Part shown: positions 39,640 to 55,038 of the stretch, piece by piece
Position numbering within the stretch: the stretch's first letter is position 1
Layout of the letters: each line of letters opens with the position of its first letter
Assembly: GCA_964016885.1 (NCBI GenBank)
Contig: OZ024744.1
Location: forward strand, 22,816,001 to 22,880,000
Reading direction: 5' to 3'
From: Eledone cirrhosa
Lineage: Eukaryota
DNA length: 64,000 nucleotides
Position numbers and translations under genes: made by a program
The notes under the pieces: model-generated
Databases searched by the model: none
What the model was told of the DNA's origin: nothing
What the model saw: only the letters and a program-made list of their open reading frames with translations

Positions 39640-41400
39640 AAAAAGTTGTTATGGACCCTATTTCTCCCCACTTTACCCTGGAGGATAACAAACCCCATTT
39701 CGCTAACAACCCTTCCATTCGGCTAATTAACTCTACGAGGTCTGATTCAGGTAGACTTAGTAAAAGGATTTTAAATAGAATTATACCAGAAATTAGAAGT
39801 TTGGTCCCTCTTGCACTGTGGAACAATTCTTTCGCAGTGATTGATTGGTTCAATGGCATACACAACAAGAACATTGCCGTTTTATCCAATTCGACATCAA
39901 TAACTACTATTCCTCCATCACTTAACCACTTCTTCTTAGAGCTATCAATTTCGCTAAAACGCTCACGGCGGTTAAGGATTTCGAAGTTGATATCATCCTC
40001 AGTGCCCGTAATTCGGTGATTAATTTCGACGACTCTATTTGGATAAAATGTAATAGTACTCCATTCGACGTGAGTATGGGCGCCAGCGATTCGGCGGAGG
40101 TTACAGATCTTATCGGCCTTTTCCTTCTTTTCTCTATCAAGGAAGAATTCTCCAATCTGGGTGGGTGTTTGTACCGCGATGACGGTATTTTGACCATGAC
40201 TAAGTGCAGTCCACGCGCTTGCGACAGGTTCAGAAAAGACTTCAACATCTCCATACAAGTTGAGGCCAACCTCTCGGTCGTTAATTACCTCGACGTTACC
40301 CTCAATTTGTCGAATTGATTGCACTACCCGTATAGAAACCGAATGATACACTTAATTACATAAGTAAGCATTCTAACATCACTGTTTCAAATTTTGCTAA
40401 ATTACCTAGCCGTAGTAACACGTGCAACCCTGTAGCTAGTACTAACTGTAATTGTAGGAATCGGGTTGACTGCCCTCTATCCGGGAAATGCCTCTCCAGT
40501 AACATTGTCTACAAATATAAGGTCGAAACACCCACGTCTAGTCGGGCCTTCATAGGCTTAACCGCCAATAGATTCAAGCAGCGTCTTTACATGACACCCA
40601 TTCTTTTCTTAACACTTTAAGAAGGAATATGACGTCACTTTCAGCTTATATCTGGAGTCTAAAAGACAACCACACCCAATATAGGTTACACTAGAAGATC
40701 CTAGCTAAAGCTAGATCGTATAACGGAAATAAAAGACCATGCGATCTTTGCGCCGCTGAAGCCCTGGAAATAATCTACGCCAATGATCACATCAGAAAAA
40801 ATCTGAGGCAATTGCGCGTGCGTTATATACGTATTTATGTGTGTATATTTATATACGTTTATATAATTATATGTATACACACACACACATGTTTATATGT
40901 GTATTTGGTATATATGTTCTTATGTGCGCGCGTGTTTATGTCTACGTGCATGTATATGCATGCATGGCTGGTGTTTTCGCGATGCACGTGTATGTACATA
41001 TACAGATGCGTGTATGTATATTTTAAATTATTATTGATTTTAGTACTCTTTGTCATTTTCGTTCTACTAATTTATTTACATTATTCCTCACTCTGAAGCC
41101 GAGAATCATTCGGTTTCCTAAATAGAATATTAGTCTACGACTTCATTTATACCATAAACGTGGTTTTGTCTTTGCGCGTAATTGTTCTCTCCGCTCGACG
41201 TATTATCTCCGCTTTTTTCCGTTCATTGCCAGGGAATATCTCCACGAACCAAAGTATCGTCTTCCTGTTTTCCTTCGGTTGCAAACGTTTTTTGAAATAT
41301 TTACTTTTGCGTTCACAGATTGATTTTTTTACTTTCAGAAGATCCCGTTAAGGGTGAAAGTAGCAATTCTTTGCTTAAACTTTAATCTGTTATTTTAATA
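39640..41400 (+). pseudogene. Penelope-like element (probable Hydra clade): RT plus C-terminal GIY-YIG plus pLTR, disrupted
   Basis: RLINSTRSD.GRLSK.IL; FDVSMGASDSAEVTDLIGLFLL; LYRDDG; VNYLDVTLNL; CNCRNRVDCPLSGKC (40447-40491); NIVY…FIGLT…FKQR. Confidence 0.88.
41316..41389 (+). ncRNA. Type I hammerhead variant (CAGAAGA core) at the PLE 3' end
   Basis: cagattga…acttt CAGAAGA tccc-gttaa-gggt GAAA gtag…ttgc TT aaact-ttaatctg. Confidence 0.65.
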
Positions 41401-42229
41401 AATAATTAATATATATATATGTACATACATTTTATCACATAAACCACCGACTTTTATCGTAAACAGAAGTAAAGCACTCTACGACTGGTATTCCTTTAAA
41501 GTGTTATCAATACGGTATCAACCGGAGTATCGATATCACAAAGAAGAGAGACGGTTTTAAATCTACATCCTCTGTTTAATACATAATCCTGTTATACGTA
41601 TTTCGAAGACGTCAAAGAGAATGCATAATAACCCGTTGGCGTGTCAGAGAGATGCAAAGTTGTGGTGTTCTTGCTTTTGATATGTTACTGGAGTTGTGAG
41701 CTTTGTGGTCACAACTCCAGTCGTCATATGATTTAGATGGCTATGGCAGAGTCATTTTAACGTCGGATAGCGTGCTTTACGGTATTCGTTCCTGCTGTCT
41801 GCTTGTGGAGTTCAAATTCCGTCGAGATCAACTTTGCCTTTCATCCTTTCGAGGTCGATAAAATAAAGTACCAGTAATGCCTGGGATAATTGCTGGTCTT
41901 GCGCCAAAAGTAGAAACAATTATAGTAGGCAGATAGGATGCAGGAGAAGCTATTCTTGCAGGCATTCTGGGGATGATAAGTAGGTTAAGGTATCAAATTA
42001 CCAAAGAGGTCAGTCGCTCCGGTTCATGTATATTAAAGAATTAGTTCGAATAATTTATTTATTCATTTATTGTTTTAATCTCAAGGCTATGTGTTTATAT
42101 TTCAAGGCTTTGCTTTATTAAAGGAGATCCACGTATAACTCTATAATGACTAACTGAATGTTTAAGTTTAGTGATTATGTTAAAGTGTAGGGAATGTCTA
42201 CGGAATATGCTAACTATATAACCTCAGGA

Positions 42230-43290
42230 AAGGTTTAGATATTTTATGAATACAAGTATTAAATAGGTCAGAGTGTTTGTTAATTACTTGATGTCTCCGA
42301 TTAATATTGTGTAGAGTTTCAGTTGTGCGAAGATCACAGCCACGTGAAGGAGATCCACTTACTTATGTAAATGTTTTTGCGAGCGTGCGCCTTGACAGAG
42401 AGTAATGTACACGGTTCTGTTATAGCCGCCATATGAGTTTGGATAGTGCTGTGCTTCGTCGTTTATCCAGTTAAAGGAGTGGCGATGATTGTACCACCTA
42501 TCCTTAAAACTAGTCGATGTTTCTCCGATGTAGTTATACGCGTACCTAGTAGTAACTCTACATTCATATACTATGTTTCTATGGAGGCACGTAATCTCCA
42601 TAAGGCATTTGGCTGGAATCCGGTAGTTACAGTTAATGTTATTGTTATTATTGTGTGTTGTGTTTCCTTTATACGGGGTCGATAAAATAAAGCACCAGTA
42701 ATAAACTGGGATAATTGCTGACCTTGTGCCAAAAGTAGAAACAATTATATCTGCCTCACTGTTCCACTATCTGCTGAGGGTTACTAGGGTCCTGTCTATT
42801 CTGTTTATTATTCAGTGTCCTTGCTATATTTCTATAATTATCTGGGTTATGATCGTTAGTGTGTGTGTTTCGTGTGTTCAATTTTCAATTTTTTTTATTA
42901 TTCATCCTGGTTATGTTCTGGACTATGTTTTTAGTGGTAGAGTATAACTTAACTCTGTGTCTATTTAAAATGTTTATGTATCTGTGTGATTAGGAAAACA
43001 TTTATCCTGTGCCTTGACGAAAAGTCGAGTTATGCTGGTTTGTAGTCCCGAAGAGTTGGGTGGGTTATACGATAGGACAGAACGTGGTCTGGTTCTGTTC
43101 CGTTGTGGCTTGGTTTCATTGGATTCATTATACTTTGTGGGGGGTTTTCAGCAGTTGTGTGAGGAGTGGGTGTCAGATCTAGTGTTGTAGCTAGTTGAGG
43201 GCGGTTGCTATACCCCTGGGCTTGTTTATTTGTATCCTGCCTCCTTGATTATTATTTTCTTCATTCTATTCACAGACCGCACTGTTATTA
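42230..43290 (-). pseudogene. Second PLE remnant (GIY-YIG region), interrupted by a SINE fragment
   Basis: CLHRNIVYECRVTT…YIGETSTSFKDRWYNHRHSF (ORF 42359-42601). A SINE 3' piece lies at ~42660-42750. Confidence 0.75.
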
Positions 43291-43305
43291 TGGTTAACTA
43301 AGATA

Positions 43306-43499
<194 letters not shown>

Positions 43500-43512
43500 A
43501 TATATATATATA

Positions 43513-44103
43513 TGCTACTGGTAACATGTATCCCAGTACAACCTGTCTCATGGTCGGGTCGTTGGCGACTAAACCGGCAACCCCACCAAGGTTTCTTGGT
43601 GAGGAGGGTGACTTTGGGCATCCTGCAGGACTAAAAACAAATCCTGTCAAAGGGCAAAGGAGCTCTTAAGAGTAAATGGCCATCCAAAATCACCGGGAGA
43701 GATGACCCCTTAGCCTATGTCAAGGCAGAATTCTAGGAGGAGGAAAACTCTGATATAACACCTGCAAACCTGATGGTATCCAATGATGTTGACTTGTTCT
43801 TCTTTTTGGTAAATATCATCTTGGTTAAGAGAGTGGGACTGGCTTTGTGCAGTGCTTTTGCTCACTATAAAAGCTTCACGGCACAGGCATTGCTTTATAT
43901 CTGGAGATCTCTCTGCACTTGTCGTCACATGGTACCATAGGCCCAGCACTATGTGTCAATAATTGTCACAAATGTAGTGTTTGTACCAGAGTTTTCAAGT
44001 CGCTGGCTGGACTAAAAAGTCATACTCGTTCAGCGCTTCGGTAGGGGTTCTCCTACATGGATATAAAGTAGTGGCCGTACTCGAATACAAGTTGGAAGCA
44101 ATC

Positions 44104-44105
<2 letters not shown>
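43513..44105 (+). mobile_element. RTE-derived element 1
   Basis: Same element in + orientation, embedded in (TA)n. Confidence 0.9.
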
Positions 44106-44954
<849 letters not shown>

Positions 44955-45055
44955 TTTGACTGTAAATTCAGCATTCCGTGCATATCTAGATGCAGATTTG
45001 GTACAATAAGTAGTTAAATCACAACGGACGTCTCATTCCGTTAGAGAGAGAGGGG

Positions 45056-45142
<87 letters not shown>

Positions 45143-45334
45143 AGAGAGAGAGAGAGAGAGAGAGAGTGTGTGTGTGTGTTTGTGTTTGTGTAATCATTTC
45201 ATTGTCATAGAACAAATATATATCACTCATTATCTGATACACGAAATACTGTGAAAATATATTTTTGAAAAAATCATTTTTGTGCAGGTATTTACGTTTT
45301 ATAACAACTAATATATTTACCTGTGTTTTAACAA

Positions 45335-45640
45335 CATCTTCGAAATAGTCACAGCAATACACCGGTTCCAGCGTTCCTGCCACTTTTGGAATATAGCCTG
45401 GAAGTCGTTTTCCGTAAGCGAGTCGAGGACCTTTTGCTATTCCCTCTGGATCTCGTCAAAGATGTTAAAACAGTGACCTTTGAACTGCCTTTTCAGGCTA
45501 CAAAATCTCAGGCTACAGTGATCATAAAAAACAAATTTCATAACTTTCGAAGTGAACACAGCGATGTCACTCAGCACACTGGCACATGAAGGCCACTGCT
45601 AGCCCTCACTGCGCTTTACATGCTGACGCAAAAATCCATT
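45335..45640 (-). pseudogene. Mariner transposase C-terminal remnant
   Basis: LKRQFKGHCFNIFDEIQRE*QKVLDSLTENDFQAIFQKWQERWNRCI…DYFE. Confidence 0.75.
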
Positions 45641-45705
45641 TATATATATTTAAATGACACTTTTAAATATAATTTATATTCGCTTCTCTTATAAATATTT
45701 AATGG

Positions 45706-46170
45706 TTTCTCATTTAGACACAAGGCCAACAATTTGGGGATGTGGGCAGTCGATTAAATCAATCCCAGTGCATTACTGGTATTTTATTTTGTCGACACCG
45801 TAAGGATGGATGGAATAGCTATTTTCGGTGAGATTTGAACTTAGAGCTTAGAAGGCTGCAACTATATATCACTAGCATGTTGTCCGACGCTCTACCGATA
45901 CTGTCAATCCACCGCCATTCTCACAGATATTTACAGATATTTAATGAAAAGCTGCGAAGGAAGACACGACCCAGCAAAGTGTATGTGTGAATGGACCCAT
46001 AACTCTTGGTGGCTTCGCCGTGACTCAAACTTGGTGGAGTCCATTCTTCTGCAGGTCTGATTGCAGTCGACCTAGATAAAGGACCGGTACTTTATTTTAT
46101 CGACCCCGTAGGATGAAAGGCAAAGTTAACCTCGACGGGATTTGAACTGAGAGAGCAGAGAGCTGGAACA
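45706..46170 (-). mobile_element. Two family-A SINE copies (45706-45917, 46087-46170)
   Basis: ttttatcgaccccgtaggatgaaaggcaaagttaacctcg…gatttgaact. Confidence 0.75.
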
Positions 46171-48514
46171 TATACCGTAAAGTATTCTATCCGATATGTA
46201 GTGATCAATTCTATTTTGAAAGCACGAATTCCAAAAGTGAATTTTGCGCACACACAAACACACATACACAACACACGCGTAACACAGACATACACAGAGA
46301 ACACACACATGTAACACACACACATACGACACACACACATAAACACACGTACATCACATACACACATAACACACACACGTACACACTCCTATATATACAC
46401 ATATGTATGAATGCCTGTGTTAGTGAGAGTTTGTGTAGCATCGATGAATTGTCATGTATGTAGAAATTGAACTCGCCACTATGTAGAAAAGGCATCAACA
46501 TATTCACTTGTTGTCCGACCACTTCCTCTTCACACCAGTCACCGTCGAGACCTCAGGTGTGCTTGGACACCGTACTGTTTAGCTCCCCGCAAGAACGGAA
46601 CGTCGGCGGCCCGTCTGAAGAAGGAACCCCACGAGTTGGGGAGGCTGTTAGCCATTGTCCACGGGAATACTTTTGCGATCTTGCCCGCTGGGCGCAAACC
46701 GTTACCATCACGCCCTAGGCCCAGAGCCCACTACCCCACCCATCCACATTCTTCTGTGATACTAGAGACCTTGCCATTTCCTCTCTTTTCTGCTTTTTAT
46801 TTATTTTTCTCTTTTTTCTTTATATTTTCTTTCTTTACATTCCATTCTTCTCAATCTTTATTTTCTATTTTTCTATTTCTATTAAACTGTATTTACATGA
46901 AATATTCCAGAAATAAAATTTATCCTTACAAATTGAAAAAACACTCTTTAAAATAAGTTAGTAATAAAAGAATGATAAATGGCCTCAACTAAACCCAGCA
47001 TGTACGTGTCAATTTCAGAAGATATTTTCAGTTGTTTTGCAAGTAATTTGCGTTAAGATCTGTGTTTACTTTACAACAATATCGTAACAGCTATCCTTCC
47101 TTGTTACGTCAAACAGACATGCGTTGTTTATATTTGCATCTATTTTATCATTACTACCAGAAAAAACTAACCTGCGAGTGGTTTTCTGCTAGCATGTGTA
47201 GTGTGTATATTCATATTATACGCAAATATACATGCATGTAGATATGATACGTCAAATAAAATCGTAATTGAGAATATACACAGAAACAGAAGAGGGACTG
47301 TGTTACACTCTCTTCTGTAATCAGTAAAATAATCCATGATACATTTTAAAAAGACGATAATATATTAAACTGCATTACGGGGAAATGTTATGAAAACGAA
47401 AAAGGAGAAAATTAGCGACGGAAATATAAACGTTATATAACGATGTAATTATAGCGTTCGATGAAGTGTTATGATATAAAGGACGCTAACGGAAGTGTGG
47501 ACATTAGAACATTTTGACAGAAGTGAATCTTGAAATAAGCAATACATCATATTCATGTTTAATCAAGAGCTAAGAAATTTAGTAAATTAATTACATAATA
47601 TTCATGCATGATTTATTCAAAGTAATCCAACTTATTTTAATAACGTGTTCAGAAAAAATAACGCTGATAGTCTCGCAGTTCTCTAATACTTACATATTAG
47701 ATATAATATTTATTACATATATTTTCAAGAAGTTCCTAGATGTACGAAGAAAGGTTTTGATATTTAATTAAAAATAACATCATAAAATGAAAAATAACAT
47801 CATAAACCTGTTTTGTATATCTGTACGAGGGTGCACACAAGGTATTCACCAGGTGTAATTCCAATTATAATATTGGCACAATGACTACAATCATAGAGTA
47901 TTAAAAGAACAGACTTGATCACGGAATGCCTGCATTTTACACTACTTTAAAAAGTTTTGGATATACGCGGTCGGAAATTATACAGCGTGTCATCTAATGT
48001 TAGGGATAAAACTCTATCCCTTTCCGCTAATATTTTTCTATTGGCAAATCCTCAACCACCAAAGAACCTGTCATTATACTCCCGCCAAAATATTAACGTG
48101 CATAAGCACTTTTATGTAATGCTTTATTTTTTGTTTCTAATGGTGCAGATTAATGTATAGCTATGTATATATATTTCCGGTTTCATCAGTGAAGAATAAA
48201 AAGCACCGACCATCTTTTGCAGAGCCATTCTACTAAATGAGAGAAATAGAAGATGTTATAATCGAAGCAGTGACCAGGCGCACATTCTTCCAATGGAACA
48301 GATGTCACTTAAAGCTAGTAAGAGGCAGATGGTGATGTTAAAGATGGTGCCGTGTAAATTCTGCCATTTAATAACAGTTCTAGTCCATCTTTACTCCTAA
48401 GGTCTTTCACAATGTTTTCACTACTCAAACTTTGTTGATAAGGTTTTGATCAACACCAAAATTATGGTGGAAACACTTGCTCGAAATACCAGATAGTTGG
48501 ACCGCATCTAGCAA

Positions 48515-48810
48515 CAGTAATGCACTGGGGTCAATTTAATTGACTTTCCACTCCCCCCAAATCATTGGCCTATGCCTAAATTAGACACCATAATTATTAA
48601 GAGTGATGGATTGGCAGAATCGGTAGAGTGTCGACACCATGCTTCGCAGCATAGAGTTACGTCCCTTCACATTCTGAGTTCAAATCCCGTTGGGGTTATC
48701 TTAGTCTTTCAGCTTTACGGGGGTCAGTAAAGTAAAGTACCAGTAATGCATTGGGGTCGATTTAACTGACTCTCCAAATTGTTGACCTTGTGCCAAAATC
48801 AGGAACCGTT
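48515..48810 (+). mobile_element. Family-A SINE plus a preceding 3' fragment
   Basis: ggattggcagaatcggtagag…gagttcaaatccc…aaagtaccagtaatgca. Confidence 0.8.
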
Positions 48811-49040
48811 ATTTAATACTATGTTATGATTTCTCTACTCAGAATCCACAATTCTGACAGAGTTCGCTTCTAAACATTAAACTTCCCTTCTTCATCACAT
48901 AAAATATTTTATTTGAGTCTCTGATCTTTTTGATGTAACCAGACCTTGTATGTATGTATGTATATATGTATATGTGTGTGATATTTCAAAAGTGCTCAGT
49001 CCTACATACTTGATGACATGACAGCAGAGAAATAAATAAT

Positions 49041-49173
<133 letters not shown>

Positions 49174-49348
49174 ACACACACAATGCTTAATCTGGCTGCC
49201 AGATGAAGCGACTGGGTTGACACTCCGAAGTCACTGCCACCGCTCTATTTAGAAAATATAATTTTGTTCTTTATCCACAAGTTTTCTTTGCTTATTCAGT
49301 TAATGTTTGAAGTTTTAAAATGCTACGTTATATAAAACATATATTCTA

Positions 49349-49414
<66 letters not shown>

Positions 49415-49435
49415 CAGATTATAGTTTAAGTTTAA

Positions 49436-49508
49436 CAGATTAAAGTTTAAGCAAAGAATCGCTGCTTTCACCCTTAACGAGATCTTCTGAAAAAAAAAAA
49501 TCAATCTG
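49436..49508 (-). ncRNA. Hammerhead variant (CAGAAGA core), PLE 3' fragment
   Basis: Homologous to 41316-41389 and abuts (TA)n. Confidence 0.6.
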
Positions 49509-49583
49509 TGAACGCAGAAGTAAATATTTCGAAAAACGTTGCAACCACTTTGGATTTTAGTCTTCACATTTATTATTATTACT

Positions 49584-49638
<55 letters not shown>

Positions 49639-49801
49639 AGTTAATATAAATTAATATATGATAAACACATAAGTGTCTGTATTGTAAAAGACGAAGTTAG
49701 CTAGAATGAAATAAACTAATTCAAATAAATAAATATAGTTTGCCTGTCTCGATTTAAAATAATAAATCAATAAAAACAAACCCATATTGGCAAATAGCCG
49801 T

Positions 49802-49936
49802 GATACCTGGACAAATTTAAATTTTAAAATCCAAACCTGTTCCGCAGATAAATTTGAATTTCAAAACCCAAATAAGTTTCGCAACGATAGTATAAAAATT
49901 GAAATAATCCAATTTTCTGTGCTTCTCAACGGTATC
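49802..49936 (-). ncRNA. Long-stem-III hammerhead, UUGAGAA core
   Basis: gataccg TTGAGAA gca…tgc GAAAC [long stem III] GTC caggtatc. Homologous to 2262-2395. Confidence 0.7.
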
Positions 49937-50199
49937 CAGAAAAATTAGGATGCTTCACCTCGAAATAATTTAGGAGGTCTGGTTCACTAGCGCAAACGCA
50001 CGAGGTTTTGCACGAAGTTTTCCAGCTCATTAGCTATCTCATATTCATGGCACTAGAAATAACAGCCATTTATATGGGATTAAAAATTAGCTCAACAAAA
50101 GGAGCCGTAAAATTATATTATATTTAGAGTTATAAACTCAAACAGTCCTTTACAATTAATTAGCTCAAAGAAAGAAGCATTTCTGAGCCGTGAAATACA

Positions 50200-50263
<64 letters not shown>

Positions 50264-50366
50264 TTATATATAGGAAAAAGTATGACCCCGACGGCAGACA
50301 TATGTCCCAAGGCTCTGATACCATCAACACCATAAACACAGAGCTGGCATATCTAAGAAATGACTA

Positions 50367-50422
50367 ACTGCCTGATGAGGTCATAGCCATTCAATGGCTA
50401 TCATCGAAATATATATAGCAGT
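50367..50422 (+). ncRNA. Type I hammerhead ribozyme
   Basis: actgc CTGATGA ggt-c-atagccat-tca-atggctat-c-atc GAAA tatat ATA gcagt, then aaataaa. Confidence 0.88.
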
Positions 50423-50463
50423 AAATAAAGGATTATGAGTTCATGCAATTGACTTATGTTTCG

Positions 50464-50521
<58 letters not shown>

Positions 50522-51265
50522 AGGGCGGTGCCCCAGCATGGCCTCAGCCGGATGGCTGAAACAGGTAAAAGAGTAAAAGAGTAACATGTTTTTCCACGTT
50601 TTTCTAATTTTTATTTTAAATTCTTTCCGAGTATTCACTGCACATTTAATATTTACTGTGATTTTCGTATATAATACAGTTGCAGGTTGGTGTATGATTG
50701 TTGTGTGTGTATACGAGCTCATACGTATCGCGCTTGCGCGAAACATGGATATGTGTGTGGGTGTCTACAGGCCGACACGGCTGTGGCATTCGCGGGCGTT
50801 TCACTCATACAGCAGTAATTCCGCTAAAAGGACCAACTTTGATTGACACGTGACATATGAATGGCACGAGAAAAATGGACGGCCATGAGTGGTCAGAAAT
50901 ACCGATGACGTGTACAATTCTTGACCACTCATCGACCGACATGAACAGGATAGAAGCTGGCGAGCGAAGGCCGCCGAGATAAAATGGACACTCTGCTTCG
51001 AAAGATTGAGACGTATCCAAGGAACTTGCGATTTCAGAGTCAGGTTCGATCATCGCATCGATCGTGCTTCGAGCTGGTCGCCAGAGAAACGATTGTAATA
51101 TGTCTAATAAATAAGTTAATGCATGATTATTAAAGTTAACCCATGATTATCGCACGGCCATACATGGAATTACCTCGACTATTTATTACCACGCTAAAAA
51201 TCTAATTTAGTCCAGAAATAGCCGTCGAAATGGCTTGAGCTCTGCTGCCGGGGTCTTGAACATAT

Positions 51266-51306
<41 letters not shown>

Positions 51307-52130
51307 GAGTGATGCGTTTTGTCCTTGAGCAAGGCACTTTATTTATTTCTGCCTGGATTTGCGACCGACAGATAGAATTAGCACTTGGAAAGCCCAATGG
51401 AAACATTATTTCCTCGGAAAGCCCAATAGAAATATTATTTCCTTAGTTGTTGCTAAATAAACTCAACTATTAAGACAATTAAGGTGAATTCAGCTGCTAA
51501 AAATGACAGTCAAATCTCCCTCATCCTTTAAATCTCAGTCATTTACATATTACATATAGTTCTATAGGTGGCGAATTGGCAGAATCGTTAGAACATGGGC
51601 TAGAATGCTTATGTTATTGTTCCGCCTCTCTGTTATCTGTGTTCAAATCCCGCCGCGGTCAACTTTGCCTTTCATTGTTTCAGAAGTTATGGGACCATAC
51701 ATATGGTAGTTGATCACTCAATGGTAGTTGACTGAACTTTTATTATTTCTTAATGACGACTGGACTACCGTCAATCTAAAGATCTGTAACCACAATTATT
51801 AGTAAAAAAACTCCATTACTAAGTCTAGAATATATTAAATGCGAGAATGACAAGGTGGATTGAAGACGGGTATCACAGGAAATAAAAGTCTACCAAGTAA
51901 CTATTAGGGCGAAGGTAAAAATAGACAGACCACCACTGCCATTTAAATTGATCTTTCATCTCATCCTACTGTACAAAAGTTTTTGGCTGTTAAACCATCA
52001 ATGGCATTCATTGTATTGACTATATAATTAAGTAGAACAAATTCGATTTAGCGATAGGGAAGATGTCTATAATGGTGTTTATTCATGGCGATGATAATAA
52101 TAAAACCTCTAAAAACAACAAAACAAGAAC

Positions 52131-52161
<31 letters not shown>

Positions 52162-53365
52162 AAAAAAAAAAAAACCCACAAAACAATGATGAATAAAAAG
52201 TAAACAGGAAACAACAATAATAAACAACAAAAATAACAATAGTGATGAAGTTTGTCATTTCTGTTCTAATTTCTTGGACAGAAATCTTAAATTCTTCTAC
52301 CTTTCAACTTCTGTTTACATTGTTATTCTCGATTTAACAACTTTTTCCATTAGGATCCCCGGGAGATACAAGTCATGCGTAAATTAAATACAGCTATACA
52401 GTTCTTTGGGGTAGATTATAAAAATCATGATATTTGTTTTAGAGTCTCAGATCAAAGGACAGTGTTTTGGGTGTGTGTTTTTTTATATAACCAAAGGCTT
52501 ATCTGATATTCCAGATATGCTATGTAAATTTGAATAATATACTCGAGTCGAAGAATAATTCAATAAGATATTTAGAGATAAACATTATTGGATAATCCTG
52601 GAGAAATCTCTATTGCAAAAGAGAGACAGCTGACCTACACTTCAAAAAAAGAAAACATTATGAGGTGTTGAATAATAATGCAAATTCCTTTGTTTTTATA
52701 TATACACGATGAAGAAATGTTATTAAGAAGTGGTCGGTTGATGCAGCTTGTGTTTGGAATTGTGGATCAAGTGGTTGGGCTATGTACGATGCGGTGAACA
52801 TTCTTGCCAAATAACAAACAACATCATTTTACGTTTATTAGGAAAATCCTTTCACTTACTTTATTTATTGTTTTAGTCTTATGAACAAGACATATGTGAA
52901 TGGAGAACTTCTGAGAGGTATTTAAGGTTTGTAGGAAGGAACGATGTTTGGATAAAGATTAATAAAATATTCTGGGGAGATATTCAGGTAAAGATCCCGT
53001 GAAACAACACATTTCAAAAGAAATAACATCTGTAAGATCTGGGGATGATTCCAGTGGATTTCCTGCATCCAAGCAACTAGGGTTTCATCGGATAATCAGT
53101 CAAAAGATACAAAGGAAGTGTTTTCTTTATTGTTAGGAAATGAGACACAAGTCAAGGGTCTTGAAGGTGAATGTGGACAAGATATTATCGGAAAGATAAT
53201 GTTATTGAAATAGCATGAATTAATATGTAGTTTCTTTATGCTATATAGTGGAGAGGATGAGGATGGTCTTCCTTATGGTTTAGTTAGAGAACTGTTGTAA
53301 CATGTGTCATCATAAGTCTACCACCTAGCAAACATTTCTTTCCAATTTAGATTAAGTCAACCATA

Positions 53366-53995
53366 AATAATTGTTTCTACTTTAGGCACAAGGCCAGCAA
53401 TTTGAAGGGGAGGAGACAGTAGAGTAAATCGACCCCAGTGCGTGACTAGTACTTTATTTTATCGACCCCGTAAGGAGGAAATCAAAGCTAACCTCGGCGG
53501 GATTTGAACTGAGAACATAAAGGCACGCAACTCTATGCTGCAAATCATGGTGTTTGAAGCTCTACTGATACTGCCAATCTGCCGTCCTAAGTCAACCATG
53601 AATAATTGTTTCTACTTTTGACACAAGGCCAGCAATTACGCCAGTACATTACTGGTACTTTATTTTATCGACCCCATAAGGATGAAAAGCAAAGCTAACC
53701 TCTGTAGGATTTGAACTCAGAACGTAAAGGGCCGTAACTCTATGCTGCAAAGCATGGCGTCCGACCCTCTAAAAAATGGTTTCACATTTAGTCACAAGGC
53801 CAACAATTTTGAGAGAGGGGAAAGTTGATTAAATCGACCCCATTACGTTACTGGTTCTTTATTTTATCGACCCCGTAAGGAAGAAAGGCAAAGTTAACCT
53901 CGGCAGGATTTGAACTCAGACTGTAAAGGACCATAACTCTTTGCTGCAAATCATGGTGACCGATTCTCTACCGATACTGCCAATCCACCGCCCTA
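53366..53995 (-). mobile_element. Three head-to-tail family-A SINEs
   Basis: Copies at ~53366-53590, 53602-53772 and 53776-53995. taagtcaaccat(a/g)aataatt flanks the first as a TSD. Confidence 0.85.
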
Positions 53996-55038
53996 CAAAT
54001 AATGGTTTCTTTATTTCAAGCTAAACGAAAACGTTTTACGCAGTCGCTCTGCCTGCTAGAAATATCACCCAAATTATTCCTACTTAACAAAATACGGTCT
54101 TACAGAAAGAGTTACGGTGGATAATATAATTCCAGTTGCACAAAACATATGGAATTGACATGGCTAGAGTAGCCTTGATCATAGGTCTACGCAGTGAAAT
54201 ACGGAATACTTTGACAGATTTCCAACGTATTTACCCCACTTCTTAAGTTATAACTTTCATGAACATTCACTTGGCAAACGTTTTGTACCTGTCAAGGAAT
54301 TCAGAGAATTTTTGTGAGAAACAGAAGGACTCTTCTGGATGACTTTCTACAACTATTTTATTTGTTTGTTTTTTTGGTTTTGTTTTGTTTTTGCTAGATA
54401 GAGACAAATTCTCCACAGATTGCATGAGCTCTCCGACAGTAAAGAACCTGAACAAATAACAGGTATTGAATAAAGGCGATTAAAACTGCCAAAGTCTTAA
54501 CAAATGTTAGACGTTCCTCTTAGATTTTCCTGACCTTATAAATAATTGACCTCCCATCCAGAGCCAGGAAAGTTCCTTTGTTCTGATGAATTGATAAACA
54601 TGGACATCTATAAAACATAAGAACTATACAATGAAGGTGCATGGCTTAGTGGTTAGAGCATTCGATTTTCCATTTGCGGGTTATGAGTTCTATTCTCTGA
54701 CCGAGTGATGCGTTGTGTCCTTGAGCAAGACATTTTATTTCACGTTGCTCTAGTCCACTCAGCTGGCAAAAATGAGTTGTACCTGTAATTCGAAGGGCCA
54801 GCCTTATCATATTCTGTATCACACTGAATCTCCCTTAGAACTACGTTAATGGTATGTGTGTTTGTGGAATGCTCAGTCACCTGCACGTTAATTTCACGAA
54901 CAGGTTCTTCCGTTGATTGTATCAACTGGAATACTCATCGTCATAACAGATGGAGTTCCATAAGAAACAAACTATATAAGATTTTATTTTTGCTGCATCA
55001 GGCCCTAACCCCAAAGAGCTTCCGTTATATGTGTAGGC

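Noticed and set aside
39638-40351. 237-aa minus-strand ORF
   Set aside because: It is antisense to the PLE RT, whose motifs are on the + strand.
48165-48195. CTGATGA-aaccg-GAAA-tatatATA on the minus strand
   Set aside because: There is no stem II or stem I pairing, so it is chance or heavily decayed.
52380-53340. Old LINE remnant on the minus strand
   Set aside because: It is too degenerate to assign by eye.
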